Shown here: positions 1-8,864 of the stretch, piece after piece
Layout: each line of letters opens with the position of its first letter
Numbering within the stretch: position 1 is the first letter of the stretch
Virus record (IMG/VR): IMGVR_UViG_3300037067_026718
Span: 32,001-96,000 of that record
Length of the DNA: 64,000 bases
DNA from: a virus
Taxonomy: Duplodnaviria; Caudoviricetes
Direction: 5' to 3' (one strand)
Notes under the pieces: model-generated
The model's input: only the letters and a program-made list of their open reading frames with translations
Told to the model about the DNA's origin: nothing
Databases searched by the model: none
Made by a program: the position numbers and the translations under genes

Positions 1-2
1 TT

Positions 3-269
3 TCATATCCCCGTCACCTCCTCGGCCTCATCCAGTAGCGCCCTGGCGTCTTCGATGAGGTTTTTGGTGTGGAGATCGTCGTACTCCTCGGGAAGGGCTT
101 CGAGGAAACTTCGGAATCCCTCCTTCAGCTTCTTGAAGTAGGTGGAGTAGTGAATGGAAAGAATGGCGGCAAGGAAGGTTTTTCTGGCCTCCCTCTCTAC
201 TGATGGCCCCTCGAGGATCGAATCACGGTATAGGTTCGAGAATTCAGCCTTCACGTCTGCGAGCTTCAT
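3..269 (-). CDS. hypothetical phage protein
   Basis: 88-aa ORF, ATGA overlap with the upstream gene, GGAG RBS. Confidence 0.65.
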   Translation of the reverse strand: MKLADVKAEFSNLYRDSILEGPSVEREARKTFLAAILSIHYSTYFKKLKEGFRSFLEALPEEYDDLHTKNLIEDARALLDEAEEVTGI

Positions 270-592
270 GGCCGTTCTCCATCCATGATCTGCTTCAGGG
301 TGTACTCCCCGATCGGGAAGCTGCGATCTCTTTCGATTTTCAGCCCCATTGGGCCTTCGATGGACTGCAGCTCATCTATATTGAAGGGGCCTGCTTCATC
401 GTTGTTATCGCCGAATAGCGATACGAAGCCGTTGAAGTTTCCAGAAACAGGTGTGAACTCACATGCATACCAAGTGGCAGAGCCCCAGGGGCAGAAGAAC
501 TTGGCGATGACCTTTACGTCCTCGGGCTTCTTCTCGGATGTGTCACCTTGCTCAACGAAGGCGTCGAGGATCTCTTTCGTGAGTAGTTTCAT
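266..592 (-). CDS. DUF2958-family protein
   Basis: Motifs KFFCPWGSATWYACE, E.GPFNIDEL and GLKIERDRSF are typical of DUF2958. Confidence 0.75.
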   Translation of the reverse strand: MKLLTKEILDAFVEQGDTSEKKPEDVKVIAKFFCPWGSATWYACEFTPVSGNFNGFVSLFGDNNDEAGPFNIDELQSIEGPMGLKIERDRSFPIGEYTLKQIMDGERP

Positions 593-876
593 GCTTTCTC
601 CGCTTCTGCCATCTTATTGGCCGTTTCAAGAATGAATTCATGCCATGCTTTATCGTCCCAGATACCGTGTTGGTCAACACAAAAACTCTGGGGGCTTGCC
701 TTCCAGAACTCCTTCTTCATTTCCGACATCCAGAGAATGAACCCGGTCATGCATCCGCCTGGATAAGCTTCTGCGTCGTGCTTCATCATTTCTTCCGGCG
801 TTCTGCCGTGAGCTTTTGCGTACGCGACGTACTTGGGATTGAAACCGGGGTGTTCGTCGATGATGATTGCATCCAC
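589..876 (-). CDS. hypothetical phage protein
   Basis: 95-aa ORF, GTG start with RBS, ATGA overlap. Confidence 0.65.
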   Translation of the reverse strand: MDAIIIDEHPGFNPKYVAYAKAHGRTPEEMMKHDAEAYPGGCMTGFILWMSEMKKEFWKASPQSFCVDQHGIWDDKAWHEFILETANKMAEAEKA

Positions 877-901
877 CGCTTTTCTCCCTGTTTAATACGA
901 G

Positions 902-923
902 AAAGGGGCCTGGGTAGGCCCCC
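902..923 (-). terminator. intrinsic terminator-like hairpin
   Basis: GGGGCCT-ACCC-AGGCCCC followed by TTTC on the minus strand. Confidence 0.55.
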
Positions 924-939
924 TATCTCTGTGACAGAA

Positions 940-2130
940 CTACGGAAACACATCCACTCGAATAGGCATCACCAAGCATACTCGCTTGGGTACGCATACG
1001 ATATGCTGACGCAGATGCTCTTTGTTCGCCTGAAGAGTGATGACCGGTACCTCGAGATAATTGAACACTTTCTCGAGCAGTTTTGTTTCGAAGCCCACCT
1101 TGAAGGCTTGGTCCTTGGGGTAAGCAGCGGACAAAGTGACTGCAGTGATTGTTTTTTCTGCTTCAGGGAACTTGCTTTTATGGGTTATCATAGACAAAGT
1201 TCCGTCTGATGCTTCGATGGCTACTGACTTGGAAGTGCTGGAAAAGACGCTCACTACATCCTTTTTGAGAGAGATAGACGTCCCTTCATATTCATTGAAA
1301 AGCTGGTAGATAGAAGGGTATGGAGCATCGGTGATGAACGGAAGAGCTATTTTCCATGAGCCCGACTGGATCATCATGTACTGTGCGCTGATAGTGCCGT
1401 CCTCTGGGTTTCTGCAGAAAGCTTTGGAAACCAAAGCAAGCGGCCCTGAGTAACGCTTCAGAAACGACATCAGCTTCCACGGTGGGGAAGTGACAGTGAA
1501 GTCCTGCAGTGCTTCGTGATCGAAAAATCCGGCTATCTCCGGATAGTCTTCAAGAGCCAGGCAGTAACCGTCAGTTGCTACAGCTCTGATGCCTCCAAGG
1601 TTGGCAACAGGACTGATCTCTGCCGTCGATTTGTGGAAGTTGATGCCTCCAAGATTCGTTCTGTATGGATCTGTGGCCAGAAAGGGCTTCATCCTGTTGA
1701 AAAACCCAAGGATGCTTTCGGACGTCGTTGTGTACATGTCTTCAATGATGAGATCATGAATGTCAGGTTTGTCGCAGCATCTGATATGCTTGCTTGTCTG
1801 CGTCCTGACAGCGTTGATTAGGATCAACAAATAGGCATGCTTATCGTTGATTTTGTTGTATTCGATACTGACGTATGAATCGTTGCGAACAGTTGCCAAT
1901 GCAGTTTTCATGGCCCCTGCATCGACATACACTTCTTCGACTGGGGTGTCGTTTGGCAAAGGGCTTGGTGATACATTGAGCCACACCCTGGGATTCTGAA
2001 GCATGAACCCCTGTCTTGAGATACGCAAGGCATTCTTCCGCCCTGGATAGCTCGAGTATCTGTGAAGTCGCTCAGCCCCGATCCCGGCTACAGGGGCCAG
2101 TAGACCCTTCAAAATCGACGCCTGAAACAT
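940..2130 (-). CDS. DNA polymerase III beta (sliding clamp)-like protein, divergent
   Basis: YRTNLGGINF, IRAVATDGYCLA, PYPSI, VGFETKLL and C-terminal LVMPIRV match clamp motifs; start moved to ATG 2130 (GGAGG RBS). Confidence 0.7.
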   Translation of the reverse strand: MFQASILKGLLAPVAGIGAERLHRYSSYPGRKNALRISRQGFMLQNPRVWLNVSPSPLPNDTPVEEVYVDAGAMKTALATVRNDSYVSIEYNKINDKHAYLLILINAVRTQTSKHIRCCDKPDIHDLIIEDMYTTTSESILGFFNRMKPFLATDPYRTNLGGINFHKSTAEISPVANLGGIRAVATDGYCLALEDYPEIAGFFDHEALQDFTVTSPPWKLMSFLKRYSGPLALVSKAFCRNPEDGTISAQYMMIQSGSWKIALPFITDAPYPSIYQLFNEYEGTSISLKKDVVSVFSSTSKSVAIEASDGTLSMITHKSKFPEAEKTITAVTLSAAYPKDQAFKVGFETKLLEKVFNYLEVPVITLQANKEHLRQHIVCVPKRVCLVMPIRVDVFP

Positions 2131-2154
2131 TGTTCCTCCGTTGCAATGATATGA

Positions 2155-2175
2155 GAAAGGGGCCATACAGGCCCC
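2155..2175 (-). terminator. intrinsic terminator-like hairpin
   Basis: GGGGCC-TGTAT-GGCCCC followed by TTTCT. Confidence 0.5.
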
Positions 2176-2180
2176 GTTCT

Positions 2181-2447
2181 TCAGTTGGAATCTTCCAGCA
2201 GAGCCTGGGCCCTGGCCATCCTGGCGTTCACCCGCTCGATCTCCCTTTCGACCTGCTTTACTATGAACTGGGCAGCAGTCTTTTGATCGTCGCAGATAGC
2301 CTGGTTGTATTGGTAGCTACGTTTGGCCATCCTAAAGGGGTTCATATTCAATCTGAAGTTGACTACCCAAACGGACAGCTCGGTCTCCCTTACAACCTCG
2401 AGAGGGCGGATCTCGATCTTCTTGGCATCGGCAAGGTATTTTGTCAC
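2181..2447 (-). CDS. hypothetical phage protein
   Basis: 88-aa ORF, GTG start after GGAGG. Confidence 0.65.
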   Translation of the reverse strand: MTKYLADAKKIEIRPLEVVRETELSVWVVNFRLNMNPFRMAKRSYQYNQAICDDQKTAAQFIVKQVEREIERVNARMARAQALLEDSN

Positions 2448-2448
2448 G

Positions 2449-2925
2449 CTACACCTCCACTTCGCCGTCGAAGGGACTGCCGTAGACGTGCTTCAAGATT
2501 CGAAGCTTCTTCTCTGGCGACATGGCGCCGATGTCTCCGTGGCCCAGATCTTCATCGATGTTCTCGGCCATGTATTCAAAGGCTTTATCGAGAGCTTCTT
2601 CCCGTGTCTGGCCCAGGAACACCCGGTATCCGTCATCAGGACCGTTGCCTGCATCAGGATCGTCGATGACGATACAGTGCAGCTTGGCCTTGATGTCCGT
2701 GGGCCCGATGTCGTCCGAGTTGTCTTCTACTCCTGCCTCTTGACAGTTGTTGAAGTAGTAGCTAATGGCTAAGTCCGGATTCTCGGGAATGGGAACGCCT
2801 GGAAAAGCATCATCCCATTCTCTGACCACGTAATCGTAGATCTTGGCATTTACGCCTTGCTCTGTGGCTGATATGTAGGTATCCGTCCCATGCTTGTGGG
2901 ACACGGTGCCGGTGAAGATTTTCAT
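2449..2925 (-). CDS. hypothetical acidic phage protein
   Basis: 158-aa ORF, GAAAGGA RBS, tightly packed. Confidence 0.7.
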   Translation of the reverse strand: MKIFTGTVSHKHGTDTYISATEQGVNAKIYDYVVREWDDAFPGVPIPENPDLAISYYFNNCQEAGVEDNSDDIGPTDIKAKLHCIVIDDPDAGNGPDDGYRVFLGQTREEALDKAFEYMAENIDEDLGHGDIGAMSPEKKLRILKHVYGSPFDGEVEV

Positions 2926-2934
2926 ACGTTCCTT

Positions 2935-3282
2935 TCAGCTCTCGAGATCTATGTAAAGGCAGCAGCCCAGAGAGCGCACCTCCTCGATCCAGGCGTCAGC
3001 TTCCTCGGTCCATTGTTCTTCGTCACCGAGGCAGCGCTCGATTTCATCCGCCATCCTTTCGGCGGTGACCAGCGTTCTGCTGTTGTCGCCGAAAGAGAAT
3101 TTTATATCGCCGCCAAAAAAGTCTTCTGCCATCCCGGGCCAGAAAGATTCGGCTGTCTCAAAAAGGTCGTTGGCTCCGATGAAGAAAGCGTGGTTCATCG
3201 TCAAGTCGAGACCGATTTCCGCTGCATCTTTGACGATGTTGTTCCGGTCAATGCTCATCTGCAAGAAGTTGTGGTTTATCAT
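2935..3282 (-). CDS. hypothetical acidic phage protein
   Basis: 115-aa ORF, AAGGAG RBS. Confidence 0.7.
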   Translation of the reverse strand: MINHNFLQMSIDRNNIVKDAAEIGLDLTMNHAFFIGANDLFETAESFWPGMAEDFFGGDIKFSFGDNSRTLVTAERMADEIERCLGDEEQWTEEADAWIEEVRSLGCCLYIDLES

Positions 3283-3292
3283 TTCTTCTCCT

Positions 3293-3646
3293 TCATGACG
3301 TCACTGTGACGTCTGAGTTCCACTCCTCGACTGAAAGCTCAGTTTCCCCGGAAAGAAGACCTACGTCATAAAGATGCTCAGCGGCTGCAATAAGCAGGTC
3401 TTCAATCTTCTGTCGTGGATCCGGAAGGTCCTTGGCTTCGCTGACATCGTACTCCACCGTGATGGTGAGCACGGCTTTCATTGGATTCTTCCAGTCCGGG
3501 GAATTGCCGGAGGCTCCGCATTCTTCGCATTTGAAGCTGTCGTATGAGGTCACCATCTCCTTTTGCTGTGTAACCGGATCCCATACGGCAGTTGCATCAA
3601 AGAACAGCTTCGTAGAGCCGCAACCAGGGCATACTGGTGTTTTCAT
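3293..3646 (-). CDS. hypothetical zinc-ribbon protein
   Basis: CPGC...CEEC pairs; ATGA overlap. Confidence 0.7.
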   Translation of the reverse strand: MKTPVCPGCGSTKLFFDATAVWDPVTQQKEMVTSYDSFKCEECGASGNSPDWKNPMKAVLTITVEYDVSEAKDLPDPRQKIEDLLIAAAEHLYDVGLLSGETELSVEEWNSDVTVTS

Positions 3647-4092
3647 ATTTGGTCTCCAACCTGGTATTCGATACCGTCATGGGTCCGGAAGACAGGAGCA
3701 AAGGAGAAGTTGTTGCTGGTTTTGATGGAGTAGGTGTCGTTGAATCCTATCTTGTAGTAATGCTCGTTTACTCCTATCTGGTCGCCTATGCTCTGGCCGT
3801 AGCTTGTCTTCCTCTCGGTTACCACAACGATTAGTTTTACCTTTTCAATGAAAACTATCCACCGAGGGTTTATCTTCATCGTTGTGGACTTGGGCGGGGA
3901 GAGGGTAACCAAGTAGAACATGGGTTCATTGCCCCACGCCCTGCCATCCTTATGAATGCTCTTGGCGTAATACTCCCGGTAGGCACCCCCCATGCCTCCG
4001 CCATGCGTAACGGCGATCTTGTAGGCGGTCAACTCACGGCTACTCACCAGCTCCACTGGAGATGACTCGATCCCTATGACATGATGTTTCAT
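3643..4092 (-). CDS. hypothetical phage protein
   Basis: 149-aa ORF, ATGA overlaps at both ends. Confidence 0.7.
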   Translation of the reverse strand: MKHHVIGIESSPVELVSSRELTAYKIAVTHGGGMGGAYREYYAKSIHKDGRAWGNEPMFYLVTLSPPKSTTMKINPRWIVFIEKVKLIVVVTERKTSYGQSIGDQIGVNEHYYKIGFNDTYSIKTSNNFSFAPVFRTHDGIEYQVGDQI

Positions 4093-4436
4093 TGGTCTCC
4101 TTCAGAGTACCTTTGATGGATCTTCATGGCCACCGGACAGCTCTTACGGAGTTCGTTGGCGTGCTTGCCATCGTATGACTTCAGTATCGACTCAACGGCG
4201 TAGTAGACCTGCTTTGCTTCCCAAAGCTCAGGCCATGTTACCGTGGCGAAAGCCCAGTCACAGTCTTCTTCGAGCCAGCATGCCCCAGCGAATGGAGTGA
4301 ATGTTGGAAACCTGCGTTCGATCTCCAGCATCCGCTCCGCAGACAGCCGGTAACCGCCATGGCCGGCAGTGGAAACACTGATGATCCCAGGAGCCTTAGT
4401 CTCCTGCTGCTGCGATGGGCCCCACGGGGTGTGCAT
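4089..4436 (-). CDS. DUF7007-like protein
   Basis: TPWG...STAGHGG...WLEEDCDWA signature. Confidence 0.7.
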   Translation of the reverse strand: MHTPWGPSQQQETKAPGIISVSTAGHGGYRLSAERMLEIERRFPTFTPFAGACWLEEDCDWAFATVTWPELWEAKQVYYAVESILKSYDGKHANELRKSCPVAMKIHQRYSEGDQ

Positions 4437-4680
4437 GATCCTCCATTTCCTTGGCTTTGCTTTCGCAAGCTTTCAGTGCGTCGGGAAAATCGTTGAAGCT
4501 TCCATCAACACCACAGAGGAACGCCAACTGATAAACCATCAGCCGAATGGCCGGGTCCTGGCGCATTGCCGTCATACCGCCAGGCATCATATCGAGCAGG
4601 TGTTTGTGAATTACGTCGGCGACGGCTATGGGGTTGCATGCCCCTGCGGAGATGTCGATGGCGTCCTGGAAGCGGTTCAT
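4396..4680 (-). CDS. hypothetical phage protein
   Basis: 94-aa ORF, ATGA overlap with the upstream small ORF. Confidence 0.65.
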   Translation of the reverse strand: MNRFQDAIDISAGACNPIAVADVIHKHLLDMMPGGMTAMRQDPAIRLMVYQLAFLCGVDGSFNDFPDALKACESKAKEMEDHAHPVGPIAAAGD

Positions 4681-4847
4681 TTCCCCGCCACCGTCAGGAT
4701 AGCATCGACTATCACTTCCGCTTTTTCGCGTGTACGAGTACGCGCCACTTCCCGGGGCTCATGGAAATCGTCTCCTTCGATGCAGTCGCCATTTTTGTCT
4801 AGTCCTTCGATGTGCAACCACACCTTGTAGTGAGTGACTTTGCTCAT
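4677..4847 (-). CDS. small hypothetical protein (56 aa, not in the ORF track)
   Basis: MSKVTHYKVWLHIEG...VAGK; ATGA overlaps at both ends fill the gap exactly. Confidence 0.65.
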   Translation of the reverse strand: MSKVTHYKVWLHIEGLDKNGDCIEGDDFHEPREVARTRTREKAEVIVDAILTVAGK

Positions 4848-5152
4848 TTCGGTCCTTTCTCGATCGGAAGCCAGCCGCCCAGCTTTTCAGCTACGGCGTT
4901 AAGGATCTCGACCCACTGCTCCTCTGTTTTCATGGGATGAGCGACCAGTTCGTCAATCACCACTTCCCACTCAACGCCTTCTTCGCCGTAAACAGTGTTC
5001 TGCGCGAGGAAGCATGCCATCTGGTAACTTACGCACTGCAGCTTGTCCTCCCGGTCGATCTCTTCTGTTGACCAAGCCTGAGGATCGTCTATGTGCTCCT
5101 GGGCGTAGTTGCAGGCTTTAGCCATAAACAAGACAAGGTCTTCGGGCTTCAT
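4844..5152 (-). CDS. hypothetical phage protein
   Basis: 102-aa ORF, ATGA overlap. Confidence 0.7.
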   Translation of the reverse strand: MKPEDLVLFMAKACNYAQEHIDDPQAWSTEEIDREDKLQCVSYQMACFLAQNTVYGEEGVEWEVVIDELVAHPMKTEEQWVEILNAVAEKLGGWLPIEKGPK

Positions 5153-5361
5153 GAGTCACCCCCTTCGTCGTCTTCAGGTTTGTAGTCAGGATCTTTATTC
5201 TCCTCAATGAAGTCCCAGGCTCTGGTACGCATTACATCTTCGCAGTCCCCGGGATCTGCCCCCTCGAGTTCGTTGGAGAGAAAGACGGCAACGGCAGCTC
5301 CCTTGTTCCTGATGGAGTCAAGAGCTGCCCTTTCCTCTGGAGTGAAGAAGCTGTCAGGCAT
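5149..5361 (-). CDS. hypothetical protein, paralogue of 6700-6915
   Basis: Start moved to MPDSFF (GGAGG RBS); FFTPEERAALDSIRNKG is similar to FLSPEERSVLQAIRSRG. Confidence 0.65.
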   Translation of the reverse strand: MPDSFFTPEERAALDSIRNKGAAVAVFLSNELEGADPGDCEDVMRTRAWDFIEENKDPDYKPEDDEGGDS

Positions 5362-5638
5362 GGTCCCTCCTTGTGCATCGAGGAGAGAATCGCCTTTCGA
5401 GTTTGCCGGTACCGCGGTCGAGGCAGTTCCTGATGCCGTAGATGTCATGGGCGAAATCAAAAGACGGGAAGTTCTTCAGCCGCTCGAGATCCAAAGGAAC
5501 AGTTGCATGAACGGCTGACAGATCCATCTCGAGTTCGAGCGGATCAATATCACGTAGCTCAAGCCTTGCTCTTCTGATGATGGCGTCCATCCAGCCCCGC
5601 TCGGCCACTGTAAGGGTTGCGAATTCAACAGGCATCAT
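5354..5638 (-). CDS. DUF6874-like protein
   Basis: MDLSAVH...PLDLERL...FDFAHDIYGI...DRGTGKL...FSPR signature. Confidence 0.7.
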   Translation of the reverse strand: MMPVEFATLTVAERGWMDAIIRRARLELRDIDPLELEMDLSAVHATVPLDLERLKNFPSFDFAHDIYGIRNCLDRGTGKLERRFSPRCTRRDHA

Positions 5639-5970
5639 TCACCTTTTCCTGAGGCTTGGTCCTCTATTTGAGCTTTGACCCACTCGGCATAGCCGCGCTG
5701 AGTATTGCCAGCCGCGACTTCCTGCTGCCAATCCGAAGCAGGAAAGTCAGGATGATCCTGCCACGGCTCGAGGTCGAAGGTGACGTATTCTTGGATATCG
5801 GCGTCGGAGACTAGTTTCTCGAAACCGATCCACATGGGAAGAGTTACCTTTTCGTCTCCGGCCTTGATGTCGTCGATATCAACGAGCCTGAGGTCGACGT
5901 GGCTGGGCGAAAAAAGTTCGGCTACTCCGCCTTTTACTACTACCAACCCTATTGCTGGAATCTGGGGCAT
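5635..5970 (-). CDS. hypothetical phage protein
   Basis: Start moved to MPQIP (GAAAGGA RBS); VVVKGGVA and DWQQEVAAGNTQRGY phage-type motifs. Confidence 0.65.
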   Translation of the reverse strand: MPQIPAIGLVVVKGGVAELFSPSHVDLRLVDIDDIKAGDEKVTLPMWIGFEKLVSDADIQEYVTFDLEPWQDHPDFPASDWQQEVAAGNTQRGYAEWVKAQIEDQASGKGE

Positions 5971-6260
5971 TTGGGGCTTCCTTTCTGGTTGCAACCAAGG
6001 TCTGGTATCAGCATCAGAGTGTCGTTGGAAAACAAGTCGCACTCAAACCCTGGCAGGCCTTCATCATGTGTCCAAGTGTGCTCTTCTATGCCCGGGCGGT
6101 ATGCATTCCCGTGTACCTTGGCTCGCCCTTGGGATAGGCAGTTAAGGATGAGCTTCTGCGTTTCTTGCTCTGAAGGATCATTCCTCAACTGCTCTACTTC
6201 TTCGTCAGTGAGCGAAAGAGTCACCCCGAGGCGCATCCATAGCTCTTGGAGGCTCATCAT
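5949..6260 (-). CDS. hypothetical phage protein
   Basis: 103-aa ORF, ATGA overlap. Confidence 0.6.
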   Translation of the reverse strand: MMSLQELWMRLGVTLSLTDEEVEQLRNDPSEQETQKLILNCLSQGRAKVHGNAYRPGIEEHTWTHDEGLPGFECDLFSNDTLMLIPDLGCNQKGSPKCPRFQQ

Positions 6261-6700
6261 TCCACCTTCACTACTTGTTCTTTGCCCAGATGCCCCAGTA
6301 CGGCCTTCACGATATCAATTGTTCCGGAGTCTCCGGTCTGCTGTGTTATGAAGCGTACCTGGCTGCTGGAGCTGCTGTTGTTGACATTGGAAGCCATGTG
6401 GCTGGCAACGTCATGTACCGTGTCGTCGAGAAGGTCTGTGTTCATCACTCCAGCCTCATCCAAGAGAGACATGATGGATGCGTCCCTTTGTTCAGCCTGG
6501 AAATCCCTGACACAGTCGCAGGGATTGAGTGACACCGGGAAATGGCCTTCATTACGGATCTCTATTGTCAGGCCCTCGCTTACCCACTGGACAAGTTTGA
6601 CCCTCATGAAGTCGCATTCCAAGGCAGACCATAACATTAGCTTCGTAACGTCGACGACCCGACCGCACATGGGGCAGATAGCTATGATCCATCGGTTCAT
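6257..6700 (-). CDS. hypothetical phage protein
   Basis: 147-aa ORF, TAATG overlap. Confidence 0.65.
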   Translation of the reverse strand: MNRWIIAICPMCGRVVDVTKLMLWSALECDFMRVKLVQWVSEGLTIEIRNEGHFPVSLNPCDCVRDFQAEQRDASIMSLLDEAGVMNTDLLDDTVHDVASHMASNVNNSSSSSQVRFITQQTGDSGTIDIVKAVLGHLGKEQVVKVE

Positions 6701-6915
6701 TAAAGCCCTCCGTTGCTGTTTTCTATGCGCTGCATGGCTTCATGGACCATGGCTCTTTCAAGCGCTTTGGATGATTGACCCACGATTTCTTCAGGGCTCA
6801 GTACGACCACGCACCCGCCCCGGGAACGAATGGCCTGCAGAACACTCCGTTCTTCCGGACTCAGAAAGTGGCTGCCTACCTGAACCACCTTCTGCGTTTC
6901 TCTTTGAGCAGCCAT
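6700..6915 (-). CDS. hypothetical protein, paralogue of 5149-5361
   Basis: GGAGG RBS; similarity to 5149-5361. Confidence 0.65.
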   Translation of the reverse strand: MAAQRETQKVVQVGSHFLSPEERSVLQAIRSRGGCVVVLSPEEIVGQSSKALERAMVHEAMQRIENSNGGL

Positions 6916-7094
6916 GAGTCACCTCCCAAGAGGATTATGACACCCGCTATGGCAACCAAACCCGGATAGATCGGGATGCCAAGCGGGTTGATCTCAAAAC
7001 ACATCATCGCCGAATAGACAAGAGTGATGAGTCCGAAGGTCATGAGGAAGCAGGGCCCTACGAAGTTAGGTTCTTTCATGGGGGTTCTCTGCAT
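6876..7094 (-). CDS. small membrane protein (2 TM)
   Basis: Two hydrophobic segments and a basic tail. Confidence 0.6.
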   Translation of the reverse strand: MQRTPMKEPNFVGPCFLMTFGLITLVYSAMMCFEINPLGIPIYPGLVAIAGVIILLGGDSWLLKEKRRRWFR

Positions 7095-7521
7095 TTTCCT
7101 TGATATCCTGGGCTTGGGCTGCGATGTGGGACGGAGTGTCTTCGTCAGGCCCCATCTCGATCACTGCGTCAAGAAGAGCTTTCTCGATAAGCTTGAAGTT
7201 GGTATCTGCATACCGGTGCGGGATGGCGTTCAACCGCTGCAGTGCGTGGCCCAGCGCCTGGCACATTTGAACCATCAAAGGATTGGGGCCGATTACTTTG
7301 TGCATGGCCCGTATGACCTCGTCGGCGTCCCCCAGCGGGATGTCTATGGAGCAGTTGGCCCCGTTGCCCTTCGATGTCACCGGCTGAATGGTGATAGTTG
7401 CGGCATCGGGCTCCCGGTCAGTGTATTCATTGAGCCAAAGATTTACCCCTCTGCACTTTCCGGTTCCATTCCTGCCGTGAAATGTTACGTTGTCGTGGGC
7501 AGCCTTGAATTCTACGCGCAT
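7066..7521 (-). CDS. hypothetical phage protein
   Basis: Start moved to MRVEFK (AAGGAGG RBS). Confidence 0.65.
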   Translation of the reverse strand: MRVEFKAAHDNVTFHGRNGTGKCRGVNLWLNEYTDREPDAATITIQPVTSKGNGANCSIDIPLGDADEVIRAMHKVIGPNPLMVQMCQALGHALQRLNAIPHRYADTNFKLIEKALLDAVIEMGPDEDTPSHIAAQAQDIKENAENPHERT

Positions 7522-8183
7522 ACTTCCTCCTTGATTGAGAGTGTGTATTCTTCGTTGTCTTCGCAATGACAGCACTGCCCGAAGCACCATTCATCGGGTA
7601 TTCTCGGTTCGAACACAGTTCCGAAGGTAGGTGCGTCGTCGCAGCCACAGGCTTTGATGGTTCCGTCAGGCATGATGATCATGTCTTCACACACGCAGTC
7701 GATTACTCCCCAGTCGCACCGGCCAGCACACATCTCCCTGCCCTCAACGTTGCGTATCGCCCTTTGGTCATCTGCAGGAGTGGGTACGTAGAAAGTATCG
7801 ATGCCTGAAGACTTTGTTTCCCTTGTGAACGCTTTCAGCACTTTGGGGTCGATAGGGTCGTGGTAGCTGTCCTGGCTCAGATCACAGCCTATTACTCCTT
7901 TCTGGGCCATCTTTGCCAGCGCCAAAGCGGTGTTCGTTATGCTGCCATTGGTGGCCAGCCAGACGTAGTCTATGTTGGCAATCGATTCCCCAAGAATCTG
8001 CCAGAACAGCGGATGCAATGTAGGCTCTCCTCCGCCCAAGGAGATAGCCTCCCCGCCCCAATCGAGAACGAACGCCAAGGCCTTCACCCAGGTTTCGTAA
8101 GACATGTCCTGGCCTTCCGCGGTGCAATTGCTGCAGCAGTGCTCGCAGCTCATGTTGCAGCGCGAAGTGATCATTACGTACAT
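7512..8183 (-). CDS. radical SAM protein with a C-terminal SPASM/twitch-like Cys cluster
   Basis: CNMSCEHC (CxxxCxxC), GGGEPTLHP, ATNGS, IMPDGTIKAC. Confidence 0.9.
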   Translation of the reverse strand: MYVMITSRCNMSCEHCCSNCTAEGQDMSYETWVKALAFVLDWGGEAISLGGGEPTLHPLFWQILGESIANIDYVWLATNGSITNTALALAKMAQKGVIGCDLSQDSYHDPIDPKVLKAFTRETKSSGIDTFYVPTPADDQRAIRNVEGREMCAGRCDWGVIDCVCEDMIIMPDGTIKACGCDDAPTFGTVFEPRIPDEWCFGQCCHCEDNEEYTLSIKEEVCA

Positions 8184-8192
8184 AGGCCTCCT

Positions 8193-8223
8193 AAAGAAAA
8201 AGGCCCCGGGATTAACCGGGGCC
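8193..8223 (-). terminator. intrinsic terminator
   Basis: GGCCCCGG-loop-CCGGGGCC followed by TTTTTCTTT. Confidence 0.7.
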
Positions 8224-8239
8224 CATGCTTCAGCAGAAG

Positions 8240-8671
8240 TTACTTCTCTATGGGAGCAAGCCCCATTCTGTTCAGCCAGTCAGAGCAGAGGTCGACACAG
8301 TCTCCGGCATCGACGTCCTTGTCGGGATTGACTCGCCCCGGGTATGCCTCGTCATAGTAGAACATTTCCTGCAGCGTCTGGAGGAACTCTTCAACTATGG
8401 GACGATTGGGCATTGACGGAACAGGAGGAAGAACATAGAGAGGATCCGGAGCGGGTTCCTCGGGCTCCTCGAGACAGATCGGGTTTTCGAGGTGCGCTCT
8501 GTCAGTACCAACCACGACGGACAGCAAGTGACTTGAAAGATCGAGGTCAATGCTCGCAATGTGATCGTACAGCAGGTTGAAAGTGTCTACATCAACACCA
8601 AACGCATTGTTGAGCAAGCCGTTGATGAGATCAACAAGCTTTTCCCGTTCGGGAGTTCTTTCAAGATCCAC
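8240..8671 (-). CDS. hypothetical acidic phage protein
   Basis: 143-aa ORF, GTG start after GAGG. Confidence 0.65.
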   Translation of the reverse strand: MDLERTPEREKLVDLINGLLNNAFGVDVDTFNLLYDHIASIDLDLSSHLLSVVVGTDRAHLENPICLEEPEEPAPDPLYVLPPVPSMPNRPIVEEFLQTLQEMFYYDEAYPGRVNPDKDVDAGDCVDLCSDWLNRMGLAPIEK

Positions 8672-8837
8672 GGTTGACCTCAGCGATGGCTTTTGCTATG
8701 CCGGATTCCGTGGCATGGTCTTCAGGGATCCTTACGGATTCTCGGCGCTCCAGCTCGGCCAGCTTTTCTGCTTGAGTGAAGTCCGGGCTGGCGACAAGCT
8801 TCTTGAGCTTGAGTGATCCGATTTCAGGTTTCAACAT
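8661..8837 (-). CDS. small hypothetical protein (58 aa, not in the ORF track)
   Basis: MLKPEIGSLKL...NRGS; GAGG RBS; fills the gap. Confidence 0.6.
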   Translation of the reverse strand: MLKPEIGSLKLKKLVASPDFTQAEKLAELERRESVRIPEDHATESGIAKAIAEVNRGS

Positions 8838-8864
8838 AGCCTCTCTTTCTTTTCCTTCTTTGCG

